Source: Candidatus Spechtbacterales bacterium
GTDB lineage: Bacteria; Patescibacteriota; Minisyncoccia; Spechtbacterales; 2-12-FULL-38-22
Reading direction: 5' to 3'
Length of the DNA stretch: 64,000 nucleotides
NCBI GenBank assembly: GCA_040902285.1
Contig: JBBDXP010000007.1
Coordinates: forward strand, 1,042-65,041
Both the position numbers and the translations under genes were made by a program. Below, piece after piece: positions 17,340 through 26,531 of the stretch; positions within the stretch are counted from its first letter, which is position 1; the number at the start of each line of letters is the position of its first letter. The notes below the pieces were generated by a model. The model did no database searches. It had not been told where the DNA came from and was given only the letters and a program-made list of their open reading frames with translations.

Positions 17340-19172
17340 TTATTCAACTGTAACTGATTTTGCCAAATTTCTTGGTTTATCAACATTTAATCCTCTAAAT
17401 ACTCCGACATAATAAGCGAAAAGCTGGAGCGGAATAACAGAAATAATCGGAGTTAGCATTTCCAATGTCTTTGGGATATATATTACATCTTTACTCAAGT
17501 GTCCAACGGATTTGTTGCCGCGGGTTGTTACAGCGATAATGGGCCCGCTTCTCGCTTTTAGTTCTTCGATATTGGATACCATTTTTTCATACACGCTGTC
17601 TTTGGGCATAATTGCCATAGTCGGAAAACTTTCTTCTATAAGAGCAATGGGGCCATGCTTCATTTCGCCCCCGGCATAACCTTCGGCATGCATGTATGAT
17701 ATTTCTTTTACCTTAAGCGCGCCTTCAAGAGCTATCGGATAGTTGTATTTTCTTCCAAGATAAAGCATGTTCGGATAATTTTTGTACTTGCGGGCAAACT
17801 TTTTTATTTTTTCTTTTTCGGCAAGAACGCTCTCCACTAATTTGGGTAATTTTTCTATTTCTTCAACTATTCTTTTTCCCATAGTGTGCGACATTTGCCT
17901 TTGCCTGCCCAAAAACACGGTTAACATCGCGAGTGCCGTAAGCTGGGATGTAAGCGCCTTGGTGGAAGCAACTCCGATCTCGGGTCCGGCGTGGTTGTAA
18001 ACTCCCGCGTCCGTTTCTCTGGCAATGGTGGATCCTACAACATTAACTATGCCGAGCGTTAAAACACCCCTGTTTTTTGCTTCTTTTAGGGGAGCTATTG
18101 TATCTGCTGTCTCCCCTGACTGCGATATGCAAATAACGGCGCTGTCTTTTTTGTCAAAAATCGGCTTTCTGTATCTGAATTCCGAACCCAGTTCAACTTC
18201 GGTAGGTATTCCGGCATATTCTTCAAGCATGTATTTTCCCACCATGCCCGCATAGTAAGCTGTGCCGCAAGCTATTATGTGCAGTTTTTTGATTTGTTTT
18301 AATTTTTCCTGCACAAGCTCCAAACCGCCTAATTTCACATTGCCGTCCCGCAAAATCAATCTGCCTCTGAATGTCTCGCGAATAGAGGACGGTTGTTCCA
18401 TTATTTCTTTGAGCATAAAATGCGGATATCCCCCTTTTTGGGCTTCTTCCAAATTCCATTCAATTTCTTCCACTTCGGGTTCTTTAAAAGTATTTTTGTT
18501 CAAAATATGCATTTCGTCCGCATTTAGTTTGGCTATCTCGCCGTCTTCCAAATAAACCACCTTTTTTGTGTGAGCCAATATTCCCGCCGGATCGCTTGCC
18601 ACAAAATGCCCGTCTTTTGCCACTCCTATTAAGAGCGGGCTTCCAAGCCGCGCAGCTATAAGTTCTCCAGGCGCCTTGGACGAGATTACAGCAATACCGT
18701 ATGTTCCCGTAACTCTCGCCAAACTGACTTTAACCGCGTTAAATAAATCACCCTTAAAGTTGTGTTCTATCAAATGTACCAGTACTTCCGTATCGGTTTC
18801 GGACTTAAAAGAATGCCCTTTGTTTTTTAGCCAATCTCTTAATTGCAAATAATTCTCTATGATACCGTTGTGTGCAAGATAAAAATTTCCCGTGCAATCG
18901 GCGTGAGGATGAGCATTTTTTTGAATCGGAGCCCCATGTGTCGCCCAGCGCGTATGATATATAAAAGGCGAACCTTCAAGTTTTTTTGCATTTAATTTAT
19001 TTTCAAGAAATGAGATCCTGCCCACCGCTTTATTTGCCGTAATTTTTTTAGTTTTAGAATTATAGTACGCCATTCCAGCGGAATCATATCCCCTGTATTC
19101 AAGGCGCTTTAAAGCATCCAAGCCGATCCTTGGGTCGTTTTTATGCCCCACATAGCCGATTATTCCACACAT
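17340..19172 (-). CDS. glmS: glutamine--fructose-6-phosphate aminotransferase
   Basis: It has an MCGIIGY N-terminal nucleophile, two SIS domains and a C-terminal ...KSVTVE. Confidence 0.92.
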   Translation of the reverse strand: MCGIIGYVGHKNDPRIGLDALKRLEYRGYDSAGMAYYNSKTKKITANKAVGRISFLENKLNAKKLEGSPFIYHTRWATHGAPIQKNAHPHADCTGNFYLAHNGIIENYLQLRDWLKNKGHSFKSETDTEVLVHLIEHNFKGDLFNAVKVSLARVTGTYGIAVISSKAPGELIAARLGSPLLIGVAKDGHFVASDPAGILAHTKKVVYLEDGEIAKLNADEMHILNKNTFKEPEVEEIEWNLEEAQKGGYPHFMLKEIMEQPSSIRETFRGRLILRDGNVKLGGLELVQEKLKQIKKLHIIACGTAYYAGMVGKYMLEEYAGIPTEVELGSEFRYRKPIFDKKDSAVICISQSGETADTIAPLKEAKNRGVLTLGIVNVVGSTIARETDAGVYNHAGPEIGVASTKALTSQLTALAMLTVFLGRQRQMSHTMGKRIVEEIEKLPKLVESVLAEKEKIKKFARKYKNYPNMLYLGRKYNYPIALEGALKVKEISYMHAEGYAGGEMKHGPIALIEESFPTMAIMPKDSVYEKMVSNIEELKARSGPIIAVTTRGNKSVGHLSKDVIYIPKTLEMLTPIISVIPLQLFAYYVGVFRGLNVDKPRNLAKSVTVE

Positions 19173-19223
19173 ATATTTAATCTAACATCATTATCTAAAA
19201 ATACAACAAAAACGTAAATAGGA

Positions 19224-21683
19224 TTAGATAACCAGATTAACGACTTTGTTTTTGACCGCTATAGTTTTTTTAGGTTTTTTATCTCCCAAAATTTCCTTTA
19301 TTCTTTCGCTTTCCAAAGCGCTTTTAATTAAACGGCCTTCTTCCGTGTTGTTTTCCACTTCGATTTGAGCCCGTAGTTTTCCATTAATCTGCACGGGCAC
19401 GGTTATAATTTCCTGCTTCGTAATTTTTGCGTCAAACTCAGGCCAGACAGCATCGTGCACGCTTCCTTTTTGGCCTAAGCGTTCCCATAGTTCCTCTGTA
19501 ATATGCGGAGCGAAAGGCGCCAGCAAAACAAGCAGAGTTTCTATATCTTCGGGCGAGTGTTCATTTTCATAAAGCGCGTTCACATATGCCATCATAGCGG
19601 CAATAGCGGTGTTGTAATGCAAGCGTTCAATATCTTCCGTTACTTTTTTTATTGTCTGATGTTTTATCTTTTGTAAATTCTGTTTTGAGTTTGTCTCTTG
19701 CCTGCCTGCCGAAGCCTCTGCGGAGGCAGGTTGCTTGCCTGCCTGCCCCGTACTGGACTTGTCCTGGTACGGGGTTGTTTGTCTCTGAACGAGCCCCCAT
19801 ACTCTTCCTAAAAATCTATGAACTCCGCGTATGCCTTCGTCCTGCCAATCTCCCCCTTCGGCTAAAGGACTTAAAAACATAAGGTATGTGCGAAGAGTAT
19901 CGGCGCCAAATGCTTCAAAAAGCTCATCGGGATTCACAATATTTCCTTTAGATTTGCTTATTTTTGACCCTTCTTTTACCAGAAGGCCATGCGCCCTAAA
20001 TTTCTTAAAGGGCTCTTCGAAATTAAGAAGTTTTTGATCGCGCATAAACATAGTTATAAAGCGTGCATACATTAAATGAAGCACGGCATGTTCCTGGCCT
20101 CCAATATACATATCCACCGGCAGCCATCTTTCGGTTATTTTTTTATCCCATGCTATATTTTTTTCTCCGGAACTGGGATAGCGCAAAAAATACCATGAAG
20201 AATCCAGAAAAGTGTCCGAAACATCCGTTTCTCTTTTTGCCCTGCCCGCGCACTTGGGGCATTTTACATTTACAAATTCTTCAACGGCGGCAAGCGGAGA
20301 TTTATCGGTGCCTGTCGGCTGGAAATTTTCCACATAAGGCAGCAGCACGGGCAAATCCTTTTCGGCTACGGGTACCGTGCCGCAATTGTCGCAATATATT
20401 ATGGGTATTGGAGGCCCCCAATAGCGTTGGCGCGATATGAGCCAATCACGCAAATGATAGTTTACCTGAGGAATACCGCCTACGCTTTTTCCAATTTTTT
20501 CCCTAGCTTCTGATGAGGATATGCCATTGAATTTTTCCGAACCAACCAGATGGCCTTCTCCTTCATACGCTTTTTCCAAGACCGGGCATATTTTTTCCGG
20601 ATAATTCTGGCATATTACCTGTTTTGAAGGCAAGCCGTATTTTTTCGCAAATTCAAAATCTCTCTGGTCATGCGCGGGAACCGCCATTACAGCACCTGTT
20701 CCATATTCAGCTACAACATAATCCGATATCCAAACCGGTATTTCTTCTTTATTGGCGGGATTTATGGCGCTGATACCCTTCAGCTCAATCCCCGTTTTTT
20801 CATTGTTCTTGGTCTGTTTTTTGCTTTCGGATTTGTTTATATATGTTTCAATCTCTTTTTTATTGGTGATTGGTAATTGGGAAATTAGTTCATGTTTTGG
20901 GGACAACACAATATATGTCGCTCCGAACAAAGTATCCGCTCGTGTTGTGAAGATTTCGATTGAAAATTGAGAATTGAAAATTGGAAATTTTATACGGTAC
21001 CCCGTGCTTTTGCCTATCCAGTTGCGTTGCGCGATCTTTGTGTGTTCGGACCAGTCAATATTTTTAAGATTTTCCAATAATCTGTCCGCATAATCGGTTA
21101 TTTTTAAAAACCATTGGTTTAAATTTTTGCTTTCAACAACCGAATCGCATCTTTCACATCTTCCCGATATCACCTGCTCGTTAGCGAGAACGGTTTTACA
21201 ACTCGGGCACCACTGAACGGGAGCTTCTTTTTTGTACGCAAGACCTGCTTCGTAGAATTTTAAAAAAATCCACTGGGTCCACTTATAATATTCCGGATCA
21301 GTGGTGTTTATTATGTTATCCCAGGAATAGATGTTCCCGATGTATTCCAATTGTCTTCGAAAATTATCCGTACTTTTCTTTATTAGTTCCCTTGGGTGTA
21401 TGCCTTTTTTTAGAGCAAAATTTTCGGAATGAATCCCGAACGCGTCAAATCCTATTGGTTCAAAAACATCGTATCCTTTCTGCCGCATATAGCGTCCGTG
21501 TATATCCGAACCCACAAACGCGTAAAGATTGCCTATATGCAAGCCCTCCGCCGAAGGATAGGGAAACATCATTAGGTTATAATAGGGCTTTTTGTCCCCT
21601 TTTATATCAACCTGCCACCTCGCGTCGCGTATCCATTTTTCCCGCCACTTTTTCTCTATTTTTTGCGGATTATATTGTTCCAT
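19224..21683 (-). CDS. leuS: leucyl-tRNA synthetase carrying an in-frame GC-rich repeat insertion
   Basis: HIGNLYAFVGSDIHGRYMRQKGYDVFEPIGFDAFG is the HIGH region and a KMSKS-like SKSKGN is present. The low-complexity insert STGQAGKQPASAEASAGRQETNSKQ is encoded by the repeat at 19690-19790. Confidence 0.9.
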   Translation of the reverse strand: MEQYNPQKIEKKWREKWIRDARWQVDIKGDKKPYYNLMMFPYPSAEGLHIGNLYAFVGSDIHGRYMRQKGYDVFEPIGFDAFGIHSENFALKKGIHPRELIKKSTDNFRRQLEYIGNIYSWDNIINTTDPEYYKWTQWIFLKFYEAGLAYKKEAPVQWCPSCKTVLANEQVISGRCERCDSVVESKNLNQWFLKITDYADRLLENLKNIDWSEHTKIAQRNWIGKSTGYRIKFPIFNSQFSIEIFTTRADTLFGATYIVLSPKHELISQLPITNKKEIETYINKSESKKQTKNNEKTGIELKGISAINPANKEEIPVWISDYVVAEYGTGAVMAVPAHDQRDFEFAKKYGLPSKQVICQNYPEKICPVLEKAYEGEGHLVGSEKFNGISSSEAREKIGKSVGGIPQVNYHLRDWLISRQRYWGPPIPIIYCDNCGTVPVAEKDLPVLLPYVENFQPTGTDKSPLAAVEEFVNVKCPKCAGRAKRETDVSDTFLDSSWYFLRYPSSGEKNIAWDKKITERWLPVDMYIGGQEHAVLHLMYARFITMFMRDQKLLNFEEPFKKFRAHGLLVKEGSKISKSKGNIVNPDELFEAFGADTLRTYLMFLSPLAEGGDWQDEGIRGVHRFLGRVWGLVQRQTTPYQDKSSTGQAGKQPASAEASAGRQETNSKQNLQKIKHQTIKKVTEDIERLHYNTAIAAMMAYVNALYENEHSPEDIETLLVLLAPFAPHITEELWERLGQKGSVHDAVWPEFDAKITKQEIITVPVQINGKLRAQIEVENNTEEGRLIKSALESERIKEILGDKKPKKTIAVKNKVVNLVI
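19690..19790. repeat. GC-rich palindromic CCTGCC/GGCAGG element, copy A (two hairpin units), in frame inside leuS
   Basis: TTTGTCTCTTGCCTGCCTGCCGAAGCCTCTGCGGAGGCAGG + TTGCTTGCCTGCCTGCCCCGTACTGGACTTGTCCTGGTACGGGG + TTGTTTGTCTCTG. It is flanked by a TTTGTCTCT direct repeat. GC is much higher than the surrounding AT-rich coding sequence. Confidence 0.55.
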
Positions 21684-21800
21684 CCCGTACGAAACAGGTC
21701 GCGGCCGCTATTAATAAAATAATGGCCAAACCTGGAATTTATAATTTATAATATTTTATTTTGTTCTGCCCCGTAAACCGTGACCGCTGTTTCGTACGGG
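21682..21800. repeat. ~21-bp imperfect inverted repeat bracketing an AT-rich spacer between tatD and leuS
   Basis: CCCGTACGAAACAGGTCGCGG ... CCGTGACCGCTGTTTCGTACGGG. The spacer contains TATAAT-like boxes and is a likely leuS promoter region. Confidence 0.35.
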
Positions 21801-21810
21801 ACCATATTAA

Positions 21811-22668
21811 CTATTCTACACTAAAATCCACCCCAAAAACTCTTTTCGAATTTTCAGTAGTTTGTTTTTCAATCTCCTGAAGGGCAATTCCTTTTAATTC
21901 AGCAACTCTTCGGGCTATATATTTTATGTTAACCGGTTCATTTCGCAAATCTCCAGCTTCCGGCGGGGTTAAATAGGGAGAGTCCGTTTCAAGTAGCATT
22001 CTTTCAAGCGGGACGGCCTTTACCGCATCGGCCATCAAATCCAGCTTAAAAACAAGACCGTTTATTCCTATGCAGTAGCCCATCTTTAAAAATTTATTTA
22101 ATTGTTTAACGCTTCCGGTGTAAGAATGTATAACCCCCGGTCCTCCGGCTGGCGGATTATTTGTGATGGGGTGTTCCGCCAACAATCTCAACATATCCTT
22201 GTGAGCGACTCTGCAATGCAAAATAACCGGTTTTTTTAATTCCAACGCTAAATCAAGCTGCATTTTTAATGTTTCTATTTGTTTTTGAGCATAAATGCTC
22301 CCTTCTTCTTTGTTTTTGGGACGGTTCCAATAATCAAGACCCACTTCGCCCACGGCCACTGTTTGTGGAGATTTTGCCAATTCAAAATATTTATCTTTGT
22401 TAAACTCTTCTTTATAAAACGCCTGTGTTGTTTTTGTTTCGGAGCTGTCCGCTTCTCCGCTCTCTAAGTGTATGGGGTGCAATCCGACAGCGGCCCAGAC
22501 GCGGCCGTCATTTAATTTTTCGGACAATTCCACTCCTTTTTTAGAACTCTCATATTGAGTGCCGGGCATTATAATGCCCATGTCGGAATTTAACGCGCTT
22601 TTAAGCACATCGGTAAAATCAGCTTCGAAGGCACTAAAATTCAAATGTGCGTGAGTGTCAATAAACAT
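21811..22668 (-). CDS. tatD: TatD-family metal-dependent hydrolase/DNase
   Basis: MFIDTHAHLNF... is the His-rich TIM-barrel motif series. Confidence 0.85.
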   Translation of the reverse strand: MFIDTHAHLNFSAFEADFTDVLKSALNSDMGIIMPGTQYESSKKGVELSEKLNDGRVWAAVGLHPIHLESGEADSSETKTTQAFYKEEFNKDKYFELAKSPQTVAVGEVGLDYWNRPKNKEEGSIYAQKQIETLKMQLDLALELKKPVILHCRVAHKDMLRLLAEHPITNNPPAGGPGVIHSYTGSVKQLNKFLKMGYCIGINGLVFKLDLMADAVKAVPLERMLLETDSPYLTPPEAGDLRNEPVNIKYIARRVAELKGIALQEIEKQTTENSKRVFGVDFSVE

Positions 22669-22704
22669 AATATGTTTTTAACATGCAGTTGAACAAAATA
22701 CAAA

Positions 22705-22728
22705 GGCCCCCGATTTATATCAGGGGCC
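22705..22728 (-). terminator. GC-rich hairpin terminator of the GC-rich gene (read on the minus strand, followed by a TTTGTATTTTGTT tail)
   Basis: GGCCCC-CGATTTATATCA-GGGGCC. Confidence 0.45.
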
Positions 22729-22735
22729 GAATGAC

Positions 22736-23266
22736 CTACTGTGGACAGTGCTTGTCTACGGCGATGAACCAGCAAAGCGGGCCCCACTTGCCGGTGTGGC
22801 TTTGGGCCAGGCTAATCCTGCGTACGGCAAAGCTGTTGTAGGCGCTGACCGTATGGGGGGGCAGTACGGATCCCAGCATCACTACAGGCACCTCTGTCCT
22901 AAGTTCCGGATACGCGGCGACAAGTTCAAGATATTCATGTATCGTTCCAGGCCTAAGCCCCGTCTCATTCAGCGCGCCTCTGGCCTCGTCTGTAGAAATT
23001 TCCCGATCGAACCGCACCAGGCGTACTGACCGGCGCTGCTCCCAGGGGGAATGACAACTACAAATAGGTGCTCTCGCCATATTATAATCGTTAATCATGG
23101 GTTCAACTTCCGACAAATCGTACTCGGCCCTTGAAAGAAGTTCGGGCAAAGTTGCCAGGAAACCAATTTTTACCTGTCTCGACACGCTGTCCAGCGCGCT
23201 GATTACAGAATCTCTCACGGTGTCCTCCTGTGTAAGATTTAAAGAACAGCAGTTTACACTGCGCAT
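22736..23266 (-). CDS. hypothetical protein encoded on a GC-rich island (GC island a)
   Basis: The 176-aa ORF has no recognisable motifs. Its GC is visibly much higher than the neighbouring genes, most strongly in the 3' half. It sits between metG and tatD, which are commonly adjacent. It has its own terminator. The start codon is uncertain (MRSVN or the internal MINDYNM). Confidence 0.45.
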   Translation of the reverse strand: MRSVNCCSLNLTQEDTVRDSVISALDSVSRQVKIGFLATLPELLSRAEYDLSEVEPMINDYNMARAPICSCHSPWEQRRSVRLVRFDREISTDEARGALNETGLRPGTIHEYLELVAAYPELRTEVPVVMLGSVLPPHTVSAYNSFAVRRISLAQSHTGKWGPLCWFIAVDKHCPQ

Positions 23267-23301
23267 ACTCTATCACACTTATTTGAATTAGGCAAGATTA
23301 A

Positions 23302-24786
23302 TTACTGTAATCTTGGGAAAAGAGATTCTCCCTTTTTCATTTTGAATTTCCAGTTATCTTTTGAGTTAGATTTAATACCCAATTGCCGGAATATTTTTTC
23401 CGAACTGGCGGGAATTGCAGGATAAAGCATCCAGGCAACATTGGCCAGAATGGTTGCGACATCGCTAAGTTCCGCTTCAAACTTTTTATTGTCGTTTTGC
23501 GCAAGCTCCCACAATTTAACGTCGTTTATCCTTTTGTCTCCGTAACTCATAAGAGAATATGCCTCTCTTATGGCATCCGAGAATTTCATTTCTTCCATAT
23601 TTTTTGAATATGTTTTCCAAGATTTTTCAATTTTTGTTTTAGTTGCCGCGTTTGTAATGCTTTTTAAGGGCTTTTTCAGGTGTCTTTCGCCCAAACCGAC
23701 AATTCTTGCCATAAAATTACCTAATCCCGAGGCCAAATCCCCGTTATATCTTGCTTCGAACTTTTCTTTAGAAAAGTCCCCGTCGCGAGTCGGCATAATT
23801 TCAGTTAAAAGATAGTGTCTAAAAGCATCAACGCCGTATTCATTCACAATATCTACAGGAGCGATTATATTTCCTAAGGATTTAGACATTTTTTTGCCGT
23901 CAACATTTATAAAACCATGCACAAATAGTTTCTTGGGCAAAGGCAGACCCAAACTTAAAAGCATCCCCGGCCAAATAGCGGCATGAAAGCGCAATATGTC
24001 TTTCCCTATCACATGCACATCCGCCGGCCAATATTTTTTAAATTTTCCGCTGTCTTTTTCCCCCCAACCCAACGCGGAAATATAATTCGTAAGAGCGTCG
24101 GCCCAAACATAAATGGTCTGAGTTTTATCTCCCGGCACCGGTATTCCCCATTTTAAATCCTTCCTCGGGCGCGAAAAACTAACATCCTCCAGACCCCCCT
24201 CCAAAAGGCGCAGTATCTCATTTTCTCTTTCTTTGGGAGTTATCTTCATTTCGCCCTTTTTTATGCTCGCCTTTATTTGTTTTGTATATTTTGAGAGTTT
24301 AAAAAAATAATTTTCTTCCTCTATTTGTTCCGGTTTTTGTCCGTGCATTTCGCATTCTCCGTTTTTATTAAGATCTTTGGTCGTCACAAATGCTTCGTGA
24401 CCGTAGCAGTAAAGCCCTTTATATTTATTTTTATAAAGGTCGCCGTTTTTTTCCAAAACGCGCCATACTCTTTTTACAACAGGCCAATGGCGCGTTTTAT
24501 TGGTAGTACGGATAAAATAATCGTAAGAGATATCCATGTCTCTCCATAAATTTTCGAATGCTTCCGCGTTTTTGTTCGTAAATTCGACTACGGACTTTTG
24601 CGCGTCTTTTGCCGCCTTTGCGTTTTTTGCCCCGTGTTCATCCGTTCCAGTCAGGAAAAAAACATCAAATCCGCCAAGACGTTTATACCTTGCCGTTATG
24701 TCCGCCTGCACTTTTTCCAAGACATGCCCAAGATGAGGTTTTCCGTTAACATAATCTATGGCTGTTGTTATATAAAACTTTTGCAT
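23302..24786 (-). CDS. metG: methionyl-tRNA synthetase (short form)
   Basis: AIDYVNGKPHLGHVLE is the HLGH motif and KMSKSLGN is the KMSKS motif. Confidence 0.92.
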   Translation of the reverse strand: MQKFYITTAIDYVNGKPHLGHVLEKVQADITARYKRLGGFDVFFLTGTDEHGAKNAKAAKDAQKSVVEFTNKNAEAFENLWRDMDISYDYFIRTTNKTRHWPVVKRVWRVLEKNGDLYKNKYKGLYCYGHEAFVTTKDLNKNGECEMHGQKPEQIEEENYFFKLSKYTKQIKASIKKGEMKITPKERENEILRLLEGGLEDVSFSRPRKDLKWGIPVPGDKTQTIYVWADALTNYISALGWGEKDSGKFKKYWPADVHVIGKDILRFHAAIWPGMLLSLGLPLPKKLFVHGFINVDGKKMSKSLGNIIAPVDIVNEYGVDAFRHYLLTEIMPTRDGDFSKEKFEARYNGDLASGLGNFMARIVGLGERHLKKPLKSITNAATKTKIEKSWKTYSKNMEEMKFSDAIREAYSLMSYGDKRINDVKLWELAQNDNKKFEAELSDVATILANVAWMLYPAIPASSEKIFRQLGIKSNSKDNWKFKMKKGESLFPRLQ

Positions 24787-24787
24787 G

Positions 24788-25465
24788 CTATTTTTTATTT
24801 ACAATAATAACGAATTCTCCTTTTACATTGTCTTTTTCCAATTTTTCGGCGACCTCTTCCACGGTGCCTCTATACACAGTTTCAAATTTCTTGGTTAATT
24901 CACGGGCAACCATTATTTTGCGGTCCTTTTCCAACACATCTCGCAGATCCTTTAGAGAGCGTAATATTCTGTGGACGCTTTCGTATAATATAACGGGGGT
25001 GTTGCATTCGGAAACCCTCATAAAAAATTTGGCTCTTTTATTTTTAGAAGGAGGATATCCTAAAAACAAAAATTCATTCATGGGCATCCCCGATATGCTA
25101 GCGGCCGCGGCCAACGCCGTGGGCCCGGGTATGGGGACTATGTCCACCTGTTCCGGCAATTCTTCCAAGATGCGCGCTATAAGTTCGTTCCCGGGATCGG
25201 ATATGCCGGGGGTTCCGGCATCTGTAACAAGAGCAAGGTGTTTTCCCTCTTTAATTAAGTTTATTATTTGCTCTTTTTTGGCAAGAGAAGAATGTTGGTG
25301 ATAACTGACAAGCGGTCTTTTAATCTTATAATGCGCCAAAAGCTTGCTTGTAACGCGGGTATCTTCGCAAAGAATAAAATCCACTTCCTTGAGAGTACGA
25401 AGCGCTCTTGAAGATATATCTTCAAGATTTCCTATGGGAGTCGCTACTACATACAATACGGACAT
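24788..25465 (-). CDS. rsmI: 16S rRNA (cytidine1402-2'-O)-methyltransferase
   Basis: MSVLYVVATPIGNLEDIS is the RsmI tetrapyrrole-methylase-like N-terminus. Confidence 0.88.
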   Translation of the reverse strand: MSVLYVVATPIGNLEDISSRALRTLKEVDFILCEDTRVTSKLLAHYKIKRPLVSYHQHSSLAKKEQIINLIKEGKHLALVTDAGTPGISDPGNELIARILEELPEQVDIVPIPGPTALAAAASISGMPMNEFLFLGYPPSKNKRAKFFMRVSECNTPVILYESVHRILRSLKDLRDVLEKDRKIMVARELTKKFETVYRGTVEEVAEKLEKDNVKGEFVIIVNKK

Positions 25466-25472
25466 ATAAGAA

Positions 25473-26504
25473 TTAAAAAACCTTCCTACTTTTTAAGTCA
25501 CGAGCAAATTCGGCCAGCGCCGCAGTAAGAGGAATGGCTAATATAACCCCCCAAAACCCGGCAAGCCTTGCTCCAATGAGAACAGCCACTAAAACTGCTA
25601 CCGGACTTATGCCTATAGCGCGGGACATTACAGAAGGTATTATCAGTATTTGTTCAAGTTGTTGCAATAAAAGAAATAAAAGCACAGCCAAAAATCCAAG
25701 CGCCAATGATTCAGTAGAAGCAACCGAAAATATAAGCAATCCGGCTAAAAATGGTCCCACATACGGAACTATTTCCAAAAGGCCCGCTGCCAGCCCAAGA
25801 GTTAAAGCGAATTTGACTCCCAATAAATACATTATGGCAAAAGTGGAAACGCCCATTAGGGTAGCCAATATAAACATTGCCTGCAACCACCTACCCGTTC
25901 TTTTTTGCATACGCTTGAACAAATCGCTTACATATTCTCTGTGGCGCTCGGGAGTGATGAAAATAATAGCTTTTTCGGAATCATTTTTGCTGAGAGAAAA
26001 ATAGAATGAAAACACAATAATAAGCAAAAATGAGATTAGACCTCCGAATATAGCTGTTATAAAATTGAATAGATTTGGAATTAATTGGCCCAGCTGGTCT
26101 TGCAAGCTGACAACAAGCTGATCTAGAGCAGGGATCAAAAAGCCAAGTCCATCGAATGCTCCCGAATGTATGAATTCTTGTACGAAATTTTCATATTGCC
26201 CCGGCAAACTTTGCGACAATAAATAAATTTCGTTAAACAAACTGGGTAAAATAGCGTAAAAAACGCCCAAAAACGCGCCCAAGGAAACAAGGTATAAAAA
26301 TGGAACCGAAATTATACGGGGAATCTTTTTTCTTTCCAGCCAGTTTAGAGTCGGCTCGAGTGCTGCGGCTATTACTACCGCCATAAATAAACTGGCGACC
26401 ACCTGCCATATTTTAAGAAAAAGAAAAACCGCAACAATAAGCCCTATGGCTTTTACTATGGTTCCGGTTGTAATTTCTGTTTTAAATAATTGCATTCTTG
26501 GCAT
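25473..26504 (-). CDS. AI-2E family transporter (PerM-like permease)
   Basis: A 343-aa protein with about 8 TM helices and AI-2E family topology and motifs. Confidence 0.7.
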   Translation of the reverse strand: MPRMQLFKTEITTGTIVKAIGLIVAVFLFLKIWQVVASLFMAVVIAAALEPTLNWLERKKIPRIISVPFLYLVSLGAFLGVFYAILPSLFNEIYLLSQSLPGQYENFVQEFIHSGAFDGLGFLIPALDQLVVSLQDQLGQLIPNLFNFITAIFGGLISFLLIIVFSFYFSLSKNDSEKAIIFITPERHREYVSDLFKRMQKRTGRWLQAMFILATLMGVSTFAIMYLLGVKFALTLGLAAGLLEIVPYVGPFLAGLLIFSVASTESLALGFLAVLLFLLLQQLEQILIIPSVMSRAIGISPVAVLVAVLIGARLAGFWGVILAIPLTAALAEFARDLKSRKVF

Positions 26505-26531
26505 AGAAATGTGAGATTCAGTATCTTAATA

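Noticed and set aside
19173-19223. Looked for a glmS ribozyme upstream of glmS.
   Set aside because: Only ~50 nt of AT-rich leader with no conserved glmS ribozyme core. The element is generally absent from such reduced genomes.
21684-21810. Looked for a T-box leader upstream of leuS (and the other aaRS genes).
   Set aside because: The leader is ~125 nt, too short for a T-box, with no T-box consensus (AATTAGAGTGGTACCGCG-like) sequence. Only an inverted repeat and promoter-like boxes are present.
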